From a virus (Duplodnaviria; Caudoviricetes), in IMG/VR virus record IMGVR_UViG_3300043786_001648, positions 1 through 52,795 of that record: a stretch of DNA of 52,795 bases; one strand, written 5' to 3'. How positions within the stretch are numbered: the first letter of the stretch is position 1; the number at the start of each line of letters is the position of its first letter. The notes under the pieces are model-generated. The model did not search any database and was not told where the DNA came from. It was given only the letters and a program-made list of their open reading frames with translations. A program made the translations under genes and the position numbers. Below, one piece after another: positions 26,242 through 35,280 of this stretch.

Positions 26242-27449
26242 CAGAGGTTCCTAAAGTCAGGAGGTGCGATCTGTCCGAGGCCCGGAGTCGTCACGCCCGC
26301 GAGCCATCCGCTCAGCGCGGCGTACATGCTGGTCGTTCCGCGGCGGTTGCCCTGGATCATGTCGTACATCTCCTTGTAGCCGCCCACGAGCAGGTTCACG
26401 GCCCCGAGTTCCGAAGCCGCGCTCATCTGCTCCATGGTGACCCGCAGGTTCGACGACAGCTCGGTCATCGCGGCCCGCTGCCGCTGCGCGTCCACCGTCT
26501 GCGCCCCGAACGCGGTGCCCACCTGGCCCCTCAGCTGGCCGCCAGCCATCGTGGTCTGCGACTGGGCCTGCCGCAGCGCCGCAAGGTTCTGGCCCATCGA
26601 GGCCATCGTGTCGTTGAACTGCGTGTAGATCTGGTTGATACCCGTCGACGTCTGCTCCGCGACGTCCCTCTGCATCGTCGTCCTGATCGCGGCCTGCTCG
26701 GCCGGCGTCATCATCGTCCCGTCCGGGTTCACGCCTCCGTTCAGCTGGGCCATCGCGCTCTGCACCTGCCTGCTCAGCCCGACCGCCAGGTCCTTGGCCT
26801 GCAGCGCGGTCCGGTCCTGGTACTCCCCCATCGTCCGCTCGTATCCGGCCACGGCCCCGGCCGCCTGCTCGTTAGCGCGCGCGATGTCCTGGCCCACGGC
26901 ACCGATCTGCTGGTCCCTGAACCTCACGAACTCATCGAAGCCCTGCCGCCCGAGCTGCTCGGCACCCTGCGCCTGGCCCTCCAGCGTCTGCCGCGCCCTC
27001 TCGTCCTGGCCCCTGATCGCCTCGGCGCCCTGCCCCACGGCCTGCCCGAACTGCCCAGCCACCTGGTTCAGCCGTCCGAACTGCTGGTCCATGATGTCCT
27101 GCTGACGCTGCATGTCCCCGAACACGGCGCCCGAGAACAGCGAGTTCCACGCGCCTTGGCTCCCCTGCCGCCGCCCAAACCCCGAGCCCCCTTGCCCTCC
27201 CGAGGGATTGAATGGTCTCCACCGGCCGCCCGAAGCCTGGGCGACCGAAGGCCGGGGGCCCGTGAAGGACGGCCCGCCCGTCGGATTGAACGGCGTCCAG
27301 GTCCGCTGTGGCAAGTCCTGCCTCGACCCTCTGTTAGCGGCCTGCCCCGCCTTCCGGAACGTCGGGCCAAGGGAACCCCCACTGGATCCGCCGAACGGCG
27401 AGAACTGGCTCAAGGGGTCCGGTGCAGGGAAAGTCTGGAACTGGCTCAT
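26241..27449 (-). CDS. Gln/Gly-rich internal virion-type protein
   Basis: 402 aa; duplicated W.PFNP.GG; TGATG overlaps. Confidence 0.7.
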   Translation of the reverse strand: MSQFQTFPAPDPLSQFSPFGGSSGGSLGPTFRKAGQAANRGSRQDLPQRTWTPFNPTGGPSFTGPRPSVAQASGGRWRPFNPSGGQGGSGFGRRQGSQGAWNSLFSGAVFGDMQRQQDIMDQQFGRLNQVAGQFGQAVGQGAEAIRGQDERARQTLEGQAQGAEQLGRQGFDEFVRFRDQQIGAVGQDIARANEQAAGAVAGYERTMGEYQDRTALQAKDLAVGLSRQVQSAMAQLNGGVNPDGTMMTPAEQAAIRTTMQRDVAEQTSTGINQIYTQFNDTMASMGQNLAALRQAQSQTTMAGGQLRGQVGTAFGAQTVDAQRQRAAMTELSSNLRVTMEQMSAASELGAVNLLVGGYKEMYDMIQGNRRGTTSMYAALSGWLAGVTTPGLGQIAPPDFRNL

Positions 27450-30400
27450 CAGCTACCTCTTGGGTTCGTCGTTCGCTCGACCCCGGTGATCGTGCCTTTC
27501 ACGATGCATCCCAGCAACCTGAACTCGAGGTCCGGGCACAGGATACGGACTCCGGGCGTCAGCGACGTCCCCTTCACTCCGTATCGCCCCTCTGAATCAT
27601 CAGATCCAAAGGCCGCATACACCACCCCCTCGTGGTCCTGGACGCTCTCATACTGGGCCCCTTCCGTGTCCAAGGTGTCCCCCACTGCATAGGGGGTCTC
27701 CTGAGTGCCGCGCCACACGAGCCCCCTGAACCGGGCCAGCGGCGCATTTGCGGTGACCGCGTCGTTCAGTGGGGGTCCCGCGACGTCGCTGAACGCGCAG
27801 CCCACCGAGCTCACGATCTTCATGCGGAAGAAGTCCGCGTTCGAGAACTGCATCCCCTGCTGGTCCACGAGCCCGACCGGGTGCCCGCCCCACTCGAACA
27901 CCACCGGGCTCACCACGAACACGTCGCCCTGCCGCACGTCCGCGACCCACGCGGTCGGACCGCCGACCAACGGAGGCGAACACACCACCTGCGTCGCCGA
28001 GTTGTAGAGGACCCGGAACTTCTTGCCGATGTGCTGCTTGTTGTGCTGGCTGTCCACGAGGTAGACCCACGCGCCCTTCCACGCATCGGTCCCCACGACC
28101 GTCCCCGTGCCTGCGCTGATCGGCACCAGCAGGTTCACGGAGTCCCAGTTGGCCGACGCGACGAACCGCGAATCGCCCGCGAAGTCGAGCGTCGTGATCC
28201 TCCTCGCCCCGTTCCACGACGTCGTCGCCCCCGCGATCGTGCGGCTCCTCGCCTCGTCGACCACGTACAGCGCCGGGCTGAACGAGGCCCCGGACCCCAC
28301 GCCCGCCATCCTCGTGTCCGGGTTGTTCATCAGGAAGAAGGCCCGCCTCGTCAGCGGGTTGGCCGCGCTTCCCGAGCCCGTCCAGTTCAGCGGCCACGGT
28401 CCCTGGGTCGCCAGGTCGAACGACGCATCCGCGACCTTCGTCGTCTTGCCCGTGCCGAACCACAGCACGTAGGACTCCTGCTGCACCGGGTTGTGCACGA
28501 ACAGCGCATTCATAAAGGGATCGTGCGCGATCTGCACGGACGCAAGGTCCGCGGCCCACTCCCGCACCACCACGAGATTCAGGTTCCTGATCTCGTCGAG
28601 CTGGCCCTGCCCGTCCACGCTCGAGAGCCCATGGGTCGTCACGAAGTACGCGGCGCTTCCCACCGAGTCCACGGCCCTGTGGTTCACCACGCCGTAGCCC
28701 TCGTGCATCTCGGTGACCCTCAGGTACGGGCCGCTCCTCCGCACCAGGTACGCCCTGTCGCTTGACAGACCCACCAGGTTGGAACCGGCCTTCGAGAACG
28801 CCACGACCTCGTTGCTCGGGATCGTCGGGTTGTACCGGTTGAACGGCGGAAAGAGCTCGGGGCTCATCTCGACCAGCGACGACCACCGCATCTCGCCGAG
28901 GCCCCTCACGACGTCGGCGGTGGACGCCTGGTCGCCGGTGCTCGGCGGCGGCACACGCACCTTCGACACCACCAGCGTGTTCTGGCAGAACGCCGCGGCC
29001 CCCGCGAACGGCATCTTCTCGTCGAAGACGCTCCGGTCCACGTAGGCCTGCTGGTACACGAGCTGCTTGTCCTCGAGCTCGTAGAAATACATCGCGTGCC
29101 TGTTCGTCGTGACCGCCGGGTCGAACGTGCGCGACGATCCGTTCCTGCAGGTCCAGTAGTCCTCCAGGGTCACGACCGCGTCCAGCAGGGGAATGCCGGC
29201 CATCATCGTGCCGCCCGCGTCCTGCACCTTCACGCTCCTGTACACGTACATCAGGTCGTACTTCGCCGAGTCGTACACGATCTCGACCCCGATGTACTGG
29301 TCCTGCTTGACGCTGATGTTGTTGCCGTTCTCAGTGCGCACGACCGTGAAGTCCTCGCTCCGCACCTGAGCGACCTCGCTGAACGCGCTCCTGCGCCCGG
29401 TCCTCGAGTCCACCAGCACGTACCCGAAGCTGTAGTCGCCGGGCTCGAACTTGCGGGCCTGGAACCTGTTCTCCGTCGTGAACGAACCGCCCGAGCTCTC
29501 CTCGTAGAAGCCGGTGCAGTCCACGCGCCGCGCCGCCACCTTCCACAGGTACTTCTTGCCGTAGGCCAACCGACCCTGCGGAAACAGGCTCGCGGGCTCG
29601 AAGCTCGTCACCGACAGTCCCGCCGGCAAGGTGGCCAACTGATGGTTGTCGAGAACCCCCTTGCCCTCCTCCACCATGAACACCAGCCACGACACGTTTG
29701 CGTTGACCGCGGCGCCGCTCGGGTAGTACGTGGTCCAGTCGAGCTTCGGGGTCACGCTCACGCCCGTCTGCTTGTTCGCCGGGCTCAGGAGCTGCGTGGT
29801 CACGCCCGTCACGTCCGTGCACCCCGAACCAGTGGGGGTGTGCGTGTACGGCGAACCCGGCTGCGTCACCGCGGGCGGGCTCGGGAACGTGTCGCTCGCG
29901 CAGAGCCCGCTCACCTGGTCCGGGAACAGCTGCTCCGCCGTGTACGGATTGTCCGACAGCAGCACGACCTGCGCGACCGCGGGCCTCGTCCCGTCCACCG
30001 ACGTGAACGACCCGGGCGCGATGCCCCGCTCGGGGCTCTTCAGGGAGGGCTGCAGGCCCGGCCCCGGCAGCGCACCCCCACTGGTCAGGCCGATCACGCG
30101 GGGGGTCAAGAAGGTCTTGTTGGCGTAGGTGACCACCAGCTTTGGGCGGATGAACTCGCTGGCCTGAGTGCGGGCGGCCACGCTCACAAGGCCCGTGCCT
30201 GCCGTGGTGCCGCGCAGCGCGAGGTCCACCTTGGCCGAGGTCTGGTAGGTGCTCAGGAGGCAGTTGCCGACGATCGTCTTGAGCGCGGCGTCCTCGAACC
30301 TCACGCGCCCCACGAAGCCCCCGTTGACCGTGACCGTCGAGGTGGTCGCCGTGTCCCAGGTGCCGCCCGCCGTGCTCCAGTTGACCGCGGTCTTCCGAAG

Positions 30401-31168
30401 GAGCCAGGTGGCCGTGGCCTCCTCCCACAGCTGGCCGCTCGCCCCCGGATCCGTGACCGCGTTCAGCGTCAGGGGCACGGCGGGGGTCGACGTGTTTCCT
30501 GACACCGTGATCTCGACGCGGGCGCTCTCGATCGCCTGGCCGGCCTCGGCCGACGTGTCGAAGCGCAGCAGCGTGTTCCGGACAGACGTGCCGGTGGCGA
30601 CCTCGAGCGTCGCGGCCGACCCGTAGTTCGTGGTGGTCGCGGCCGCGCTCAGGAACGTGTCGGCCTCGGCCTCGTACTCCTTGGTCCGGGTGGCCTCCAC
30701 GTAGAAGATCGCGGGGCTCCTGCCCTCCACGAACACGTAGACGAAGCGGCCCATCACCTCGACGTCGAACTGGGCCGTGAGGCTCACGCCCTGCATCACC
30801 AGCCGGCACTTCTCCCACACCTGCGTCGCCGAGTTCCACCAGTCGATGAACACGTCGCCAGTCGCCGCCAGGAAGTTGCTCTTGGCGCGGTACACGAAGC
30901 CGTAGCCGTAGGCCTCGGCGCCGATCCTGAAGTCCACGGCCTTCACGTCCACCACGGTCGACGCGCTCGAGTAGCCGGCCTGGAGCTTCAGCTGGTCCAT
31001 CTCGTGGACCTTGCGGTAGCCCGGGAACGGACGGAGGCCTCCCTCGCTGCGGCCGTCGACGCCCGTCATCTCGGACGACAGGCCGCGCTGGACGCCGGGG
31101 CGCTCGATGCGCTTGTCGAGCGTCGTCTCCATCACGGGGTACGACCAGTCGGTCTTCATGTCAGGCAT
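27449..31168 (-). CDS. Putative tail tube/nozzle protein with inserted DNRLRE-like and Ig/FN3-like domains
   Basis: 1239 aa; EADTFL....TNYG...LLRFD...WEE..ATW (DNRLRE-like); LLSPAN.QTGVSVTPKLDW...YLWKV (FN3-like); RWSS...PE.F and YG.V....V (nozzle-like). Confidence 0.6.
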   Translation of the reverse strand: MPDMKTDWSYPVMETTLDKRIERPGVQRGLSSEMTGVDGRSEGGLRPFPGYRKVHEMDQLKLQAGYSSASTVVDVKAVDFRIGAEAYGYGFVYRAKSNFLAATGDVFIDWWNSATQVWEKCRLVMQGVSLTAQFDVEVMGRFVYVFVEGRSPAIFYVEATRTKEYEAEADTFLSAAATTTNYGSAATLEVATGTSVRNTLLRFDTSAEAGQAIESARVEITVSGNTSTPAVPLTLNAVTDPGASGQLWEEATATWLLRKTAVNWSTAGGTWDTATTSTVTVNGGFVGRVRFEDAALKTIVGNCLLSTYQTSAKVDLALRGTTAGTGLVSVAARTQASEFIRPKLVVTYANKTFLTPRVIGLTSGGALPGPGLQPSLKSPERGIAPGSFTSVDGTRPAVAQVVLLSDNPYTAEQLFPDQVSGLCASDTFPSPPAVTQPGSPYTHTPTGSGCTDVTGVTTQLLSPANKQTGVSVTPKLDWTTYYPSGAAVNANVSWLVFMVEEGKGVLDNHQLATLPAGLSVTSFEPASLFPQGRLAYGKKYLWKVAARRVDCTGFYEESSGGSFTTENRFQARKFEPGDYSFGYVLVDSRTGRRSAFSEVAQVRSEDFTVVRTENGNNISVKQDQYIGVEIVYDSAKYDLMYVYRSVKVQDAGGTMMAGIPLLDAVVTLEDYWTCRNGSSRTFDPAVTTNRHAMYFYELEDKQLVYQQAYVDRSVFDEKMPFAGAAAFCQNTLVVSKVRVPPPSTGDQASTADVVRGLGEMRWSSLVEMSPELFPPFNRYNPTIPSNEVVAFSKAGSNLVGLSSDRAYLVRRSGPYLRVTEMHEGYGVVNHRAVDSVGSAAYFVTTHGLSSVDGQGQLDEIRNLNLVVVREWAADLASVQIAHDPFMNALFVHNPVQQESYVLWFGTGKTTKVADASFDLATQGPWPLNWTGSGSAANPLTRRAFFLMNNPDTRMAGVGSGASFSPALYVVDEARSRTIAGATTSWNGARRITTLDFAGDSRFVASANWDSVNLLVPISAGTGTVVGTDAWKGAWVYLVDSQHNKQHIGKKFRVLYNSATQVVCSPPLVGGPTAWVADVRQGDVFVVSPVVFEWGGHPVGLVDQQGMQFSNADFFRMKIVSSVGCAFSDVAGPPLNDAVTANAPLARFRGLVWRGTQETPYAVGDTLDTEGAQYESVQDHEGVVYAAFGSDDSEGRYGVKGTSLTPGVRILCPDLEFRLLGCIVKGTITGVERTTNPRGS

Positions 31169-31607
31169 CGATCGCGCTCCTCAGTTCGTCCGAGAGGGGA
31201 CGCCGCGGCGCCTCCTCGTTCCTCCACAGCCCGAACGGGCAGCTCGCCGCGGGCATCCGTCCCTTCACCGTCAGCTCCGCCCTCGACTTCTCGCCGCACC
31301 CGCACTTGGTGCACCACCCCAGCTTCCCGGGCTCCTCGGCCCGCTTCAGGTGGTCGCATGCGTTGCAAGTCTCGAGCCTCCTGACCAGCTCGTCCACCCC
31401 CACTGGTCCCTTCACCAGGAGGCTGGCCTCGGCCTTCGCATACGACAGCGCCTTCTGCGCGAACGTCAGCGGCACGCTCCGCCCGGCGTGCCCCGGGTTC
31501 CGCGGCTTGATCTGCTCGCAGGGTCCCCCGCACGGCTTGCCGCCCACGCGCGGGTGCGTGCACCTGGTCCCTCTCAGCCAGAAGCAGTCTACAGGCTCCA
31601 TGTCCAT
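31161..31607 (-). CDS. Small Cys-rich protein (DUF6171-like C-terminus)
   Basis: RLETCNACDHL...WCTKCGC...K..MP..SCPFGLW; AAGGA RBS. Confidence 0.7.
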   Translation of the reverse strand: MDMEPVDCFWLRGTRCTHPRVGGKPCGGPCEQIKPRNPGHAGRSVPLTFAQKALSYAKAEASLLVKGPVGVDELVRRLETCNACDHLKRAEEPGKLGWCTKCGCGEKSRAELTVKGRMPAASCPFGLWRNEEAPRRPLSDELRSAIDA

Positions 31608-32986
31608 TGAATGGTCCTTTCGTCCGACTCGCACCACGCCGGCCAGTAGCAGACCGTCCCCGGAAACTCCACCAGTTTCCCGTTCGCATCATTGCAGGGA
31701 ATGAAGCAGCTGTTTCCCGCAGTGGCGCAGAAGTAGAACGAGCCCTTCCCGGTCGGCGGGCAATACTCGCCCTCGGGGAACGTGCCGGTCAGCGCCGTGC
31801 ACGGCTGGCATCCGCCCTTGCCGGCCATGTCGTCGCTGCCAGTGCATAACACGTTGTTGAAAACCGGTGCCGGGTGGCTGTCGCAACCGAGGGTCGGGGC
31901 GTCGAAGGTGCTCCCGTTCAGGCAGTTGCCCTTGCCGAGCACGGCGAAGGGCTCGATGCACGGCGTCCACGCCTCGGACGAATAGCAGCTGGAGTCGTCG
32001 CCCTCGCAGTCGACGCAGCACGGGTCCCTGTTGTCGGGCCAGTCCGTAGGGTCGCCCGACCACCTCTCGTAGGTGCCCGACCCGGTGGCGCCCGCGAAGC
32101 TGGGACGGAACACGAGCACGGGCTTGGCGCACCCCTCCTTGCAGTACCCCTCGACGCACGCGATCGCCAGGACCTGGTTGGACCGGGCCAGCGTGGTCAG
32201 CTTGTAAGGAACCCCGGTGTCGTCGAGAGGCCCGCGATCGCACGGACTTTCGTCGCACGTGTCTCCGCAGGTCGATTCTGCACAGAACCCCGGCGCCAAG
32301 ATCGTGCCCGTCCAGTTCCATTCCTTGGTCTCGATCAGCTTGAAGACGATGTCGTCGACGGTCTGCGGACAACCGCAGTCGGTGCAGCCCACGGGGATGT
32401 TGTCGCCGGTGACCTCTCCGTCGGCGCAGTTGGCGCCCATCGCGCTGCCGCAGTTCCAGCTGAGGCACGGGTTCGTGCTGGTAAGGGCGAGGAATCCGCC
32501 GAAGAGCGGGTCGTCGCACATGAAGTCGGTGCCGCACGCGCACGGGTCCGTGTTCGAGAGGCCACCCTGGATGTTGGTGAGGCAGCCGCTGTCGGTGTAG
32601 TCGGCCGTGCAGCACTGCGGCGGGCAGAAGTTCTGGCAGACGTGGTACGAGCCGACGTCGTAGGTGCGCTCGATGCGCTGGTACGAGAAGTCGACCTGCT
32701 GCGCCGAGAAGCGGAACAGGTTCGGCCAGTTGAGGCTGGGGGAGCCGGCGGCCGCGAAGTCGCACGTGGTCCCGGACTTCGTCATGGTGGCCGTGATCGT
32801 CCAGTAGACCTCCTTGACGATCAGGGTGGTCGGTGAAGCCGAAGGCAGGATCTTGCGCTCCACGATCGCGGAGCCCGAGAGCGTCACCGTGATCGGTCCC
32901 GCGGGGCTGCAGGCCCACCAGTCGCAGCAGTCGGTCTCGCACTCCTCGGTGCAGCAGCAGGCGGCGGCGATGGCGCCGTTACTCAC
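31589..32986 (-). CDS. Extremely Cys-rich protein in the tail cluster
   Basis: 465 aa with 45 Cys by my count; starts AAACCC; GGAGGT RBS. Confidence 0.8.
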   Translation of the reverse strand: MSNGAIAAACCCTEECETDCCDWWACSPAGPITVTLSGSAIVERKILPSASPTTLIVKEVYWTITATMTKSGTTCDFAAAGSPSLNWPNLFRFSAQQVDFSYQRIERTYDVGSYHVCQNFCPPQCCTADYTDSGCLTNIQGGLSNTDPCACGTDFMCDDPLFGGFLALTSTNPCLSWNCGSAMGANCADGEVTGDNIPVGCTDCGCPQTVDDIVFKLIETKEWNWTGTILAPGFCAESTCGDTCDESPCDRGPLDDTGVPYKLTTLARSNQVLAIACVEGYCKEGCAKPVLVFRPSFAGATGSGTYERWSGDPTDWPDNRDPCCVDCEGDDSSCYSSEAWTPCIEPFAVLGKGNCLNGSTFDAPTLGCDSHPAPVFNNVLCTGSDDMAGKGGCQPCTALTGTFPEGEYCPPTGKGSFYFCATAGNSCFIPCNDANGKLVEFPGTVCYWPAWCESDERTIQWTWSL

Positions 32987-33764
32987 AGGTCACCTCCAGC
33001 GGGTTCGGGGTCTCGAACCACGGGACGCAGTTCTCGTCGAGCACGAGGTCGACCACGGCGCCGTTCGGGATGCGCAGCCTCGAGAGGATCGTGCCCACGG
33101 GGACCACGTTGCCGCCGTCGTTCGGCATCGACGTCTCGTACTCGTTGGCGGCGTCGCCGTAGGCCGAGCTCGAGCGGCCCGAGCCCGCCAGCTCGCCCCA
33201 CGAGTAGGTCCAGTAGGTCTTGCCCGAGACCGTGAACGGCCCAGAGGCCCCTGTGATCTGGGCCTTCAGGACGGTCTGGGATGGACCGCAGCCGCAGTCG
33301 CAGCCCTTGGAGCCCCCGCCGCCTCCGCCACCCCCACTGGTCGGCGAGCCGCAGCCGTCGGCCAGGCATTCGTCGATGCCGAGGTAGATGCCGTTGGGGT
33401 CCTGGATGCACTTGCCCGAGAGGCACGAGTACCGGATCCGCTCCTCGGGACCGATCGGGGGCACCGAGTCCGGATGCGCCGTGGGAGCAGTGGGGGTGCC
33501 CAGGCTGCCGATCAGGTTGAAGATGGTGGGCGAGAAGTCGCCCGTGAAGGCGCCGCTTCCGCCGGGGCCCTCGATCAGCGGGGACGGGCCGGACTGGCCG
33601 GGCATGTCGCCGGGGCCCGAGGTCGGGTAGGCGTCGTTGAAACGGAGGCCGGGCACCACCGTGAACCGCTGGAACCCGAGGTCGAGCCGCCGGACGATCC
33701 CCCGTGAGAAGCCGGGGTTCGACTCGAGGTCCTGCATAGCCTGGTTGAAGGCCTCGTTCTGCAT
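32979..33764 (-). CDS. Gly/Cys-rich tail-associated protein
   Basis: 261 aa; YSCLSGKC..DPNG.Y....EC....C module, poly-Gly linker, GCDCGC. Confidence 0.75.
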   Translation of the reverse strand: MQNEAFNQAMQDLESNPGFSRGIVRRLDLGFQRFTVVPGLRFNDAYPTSGPGDMPGQSGPSPLIEGPGGSGAFTGDFSPTIFNLIGSLGTPTAPTAHPDSVPPIGPEERIRYSCLSGKCIQDPNGIYLGIDECLADGCGSPTSGGGGGGGGSKGCDCGCGPSQTVLKAQITGASGPFTVSGKTYWTYSWGELAGSGRSSSAYGDAANEYETSMPNDGGNVVPVGTILSRLRIPNGAVVDLVLDENCVPWFETPNPLEVTCE

Positions 33765-33767
33765 GGC

Positions 33768-34652
33768 TCAAAAGGTGAAGAGGTTCTTGTTGTCGGCGGT
33801 GCCGCCGGTGAATCGCTTGCCCGTGCGTGAGTTCATGTTGCCCAGCATGTCGTGGGCCGTCTTGATCGCGGACTTGTAGGAGAGCATGAGGAGCTGCATC
33901 TGGGCGCCCGTGATCTTGCGGCCCGTGCCCGCGCGCATGGCCGCGCTCAGCGAGACGGCGTCGATCATGGGCTCCAGGAGAAAGGGAACTACCTCGTACG
34001 AGTACGATCCGGCGGTGTTCGTGGCCGCAGTGCGAAGCGTGAGGATCCGCGTGGCCGCATCGTGCGCCGAGACGACCAGCTCATCGGTGACCCCCGATCC
34101 GAAGATCCGCAGATAGCACCCCACGTAGGCGTTCTGCCGCTTGTCCCTCGAGCCGAGCGTCGGGTTGAGCACCATCGTGAACGTGCCGTTCGCGTTCAAG
34201 GTGCCCTGCGCCGGGGTCTCGTGGTGGGCCTGGACGTCGCCGCTCGGGATGTAGGCGATCGAGAACTCGCGCCCCGACGTCGGCGGCGGCTCGAACGAGA
34301 TCAGGTTCCCCTGGAGCGCCCAGCCCGGGCCGTACACGTTGAACTGGTTCCTCGGATGGAAGTCCTCCGTCCAGGCCCCCGTGTCCGCGTTCTTCAGCCC
34401 GACCCTCAGGACCTGCCTCACAGTGGGGGGCAGCAGGTAGTCCTTCACGCCCTCCGACACCGTGAGCGTCAGGTTCTGGATGATCTGGACGTCGCTCATC
34501 ATCGAGACGCGCGACAGGACGTCGTTCATCGCGCTCGAGAGGAAGAAGCGCACCAGGTAGTTGTCGTCGTACTTGGCGTCGAGGTCGGGGTCGTCCAGGT
34601 AGTGGCGGACCTTCTCGCAGTACGTTCGGAGGATGGAGCCGGATGAGTGCAT
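33768..34652 (-). CDS. Putative head-tail adaptor / tail tubular protein A-like
   Basis: 294 aa two genes after the capsid gene; N-terminal KVRHYLDD...YDD..L..FLS.A and ..DY.LP pattern typical of adaptors. Confidence 0.55.
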   Translation of the reverse strand: MHSSGSILRTYCEKVRHYLDDPDLDAKYDDNYLVRFFLSSAMNDVLSRVSMMSDVQIIQNLTLTVSEGVKDYLLPPTVRQVLRVGLKNADTGAWTEDFHPRNQFNVYGPGWALQGNLISFEPPPTSGREFSIAYIPSGDVQAHHETPAQGTLNANGTFTMVLNPTLGSRDKRQNAYVGCYLRIFGSGVTDELVVSAHDAATRILTLRTAATNTAGSYSYEVVPFLLEPMIDAVSLSAAMRAGTGRKITGAQMQLLMLSYKSAIKTAHDMLGNMNSRTGKRFTGGTADNKNLFTF

Positions 34653-34655
34653 GGT

Positions 34656-35207
34656 TCAGCCCGTGGAGATGATCTTGCCCTGCATGGCCCAGTTCAGGAG
34701 TTCTCGCATCTCGTCGACCTGCTGGTCCTCGTCCGGCACGTCCTCAAGACTCAGATTGTCGGCGGCCTCGTCCAGCCCCCGGGCCTTCAGGATCCGGGCC
34801 ATGTCGTCCATGGCCGTCTTGCGGTCGAGGAGCCTGAGCTGGCGCTCGCTGATCTTGTCGAGCCGCGCCTTGCGCTCCTCCTCCACGACCACGTGGCCGG
34901 GCCGGCACCTGGACACGATCCACTCCATGTCCGGGAGGTCCGCGGGGTCCTCCTCGGGCTTCCCCGAGAAGACGCAGATCTCGACGCACACGGCCACGCC
35001 CTGGCCCCACGTGCGCGGCTTGACCGACCAGCAGGCCAGCCCGAACATCTTGGACCTCCGGTGGTGGTAGACGAACAGGTCCTTCTGGCCGGTGCGCTCC
35101 CGGACCGCCTTGATCCACGGGCCGTCCGGCACGAGCTCGAACCTCTCGGGATCCATCTCGGTACCAAGCAGGATGGCCGCCGTGATCTCGTCGTCGCTCA
35201 TCGCCAT
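34656..35207 (-). CDS. Hypothetical protein
   Basis: 183 aa, AGGAG RBS. Confidence 0.75.
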   Translation of the reverse strand: MAMSDDEITAAILLGTEMDPERFELVPDGPWIKAVRERTGQKDLFVYHHRRSKMFGLACWSVKPRTWGQGVAVCVEICVFSGKPEEDPADLPDMEWIVSRCRPGHVVVEEERKARLDKISERQLRLLDRKTAMDDMARILKARGLDEAADNLSLEDVPDEDQQVDEMRELLNWAMQGKIISTG

Positions 35208-35222
35208 TCCGTTCTCCTATGC

Positions 35223-35252
35223 AAAGGGGCCGCCCCATTCACGAGGCGGCCC
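35223..35252 (-). terminator. Terminator-like hairpin after the capsid gene
   Basis: On - strand: GGGCCGCC-loop-GGCGGCCC-CTTT. Confidence 0.6.
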
Positions 35253-35280
35253 CAGTGTAACCGATGAACCCGTCAGGGGA

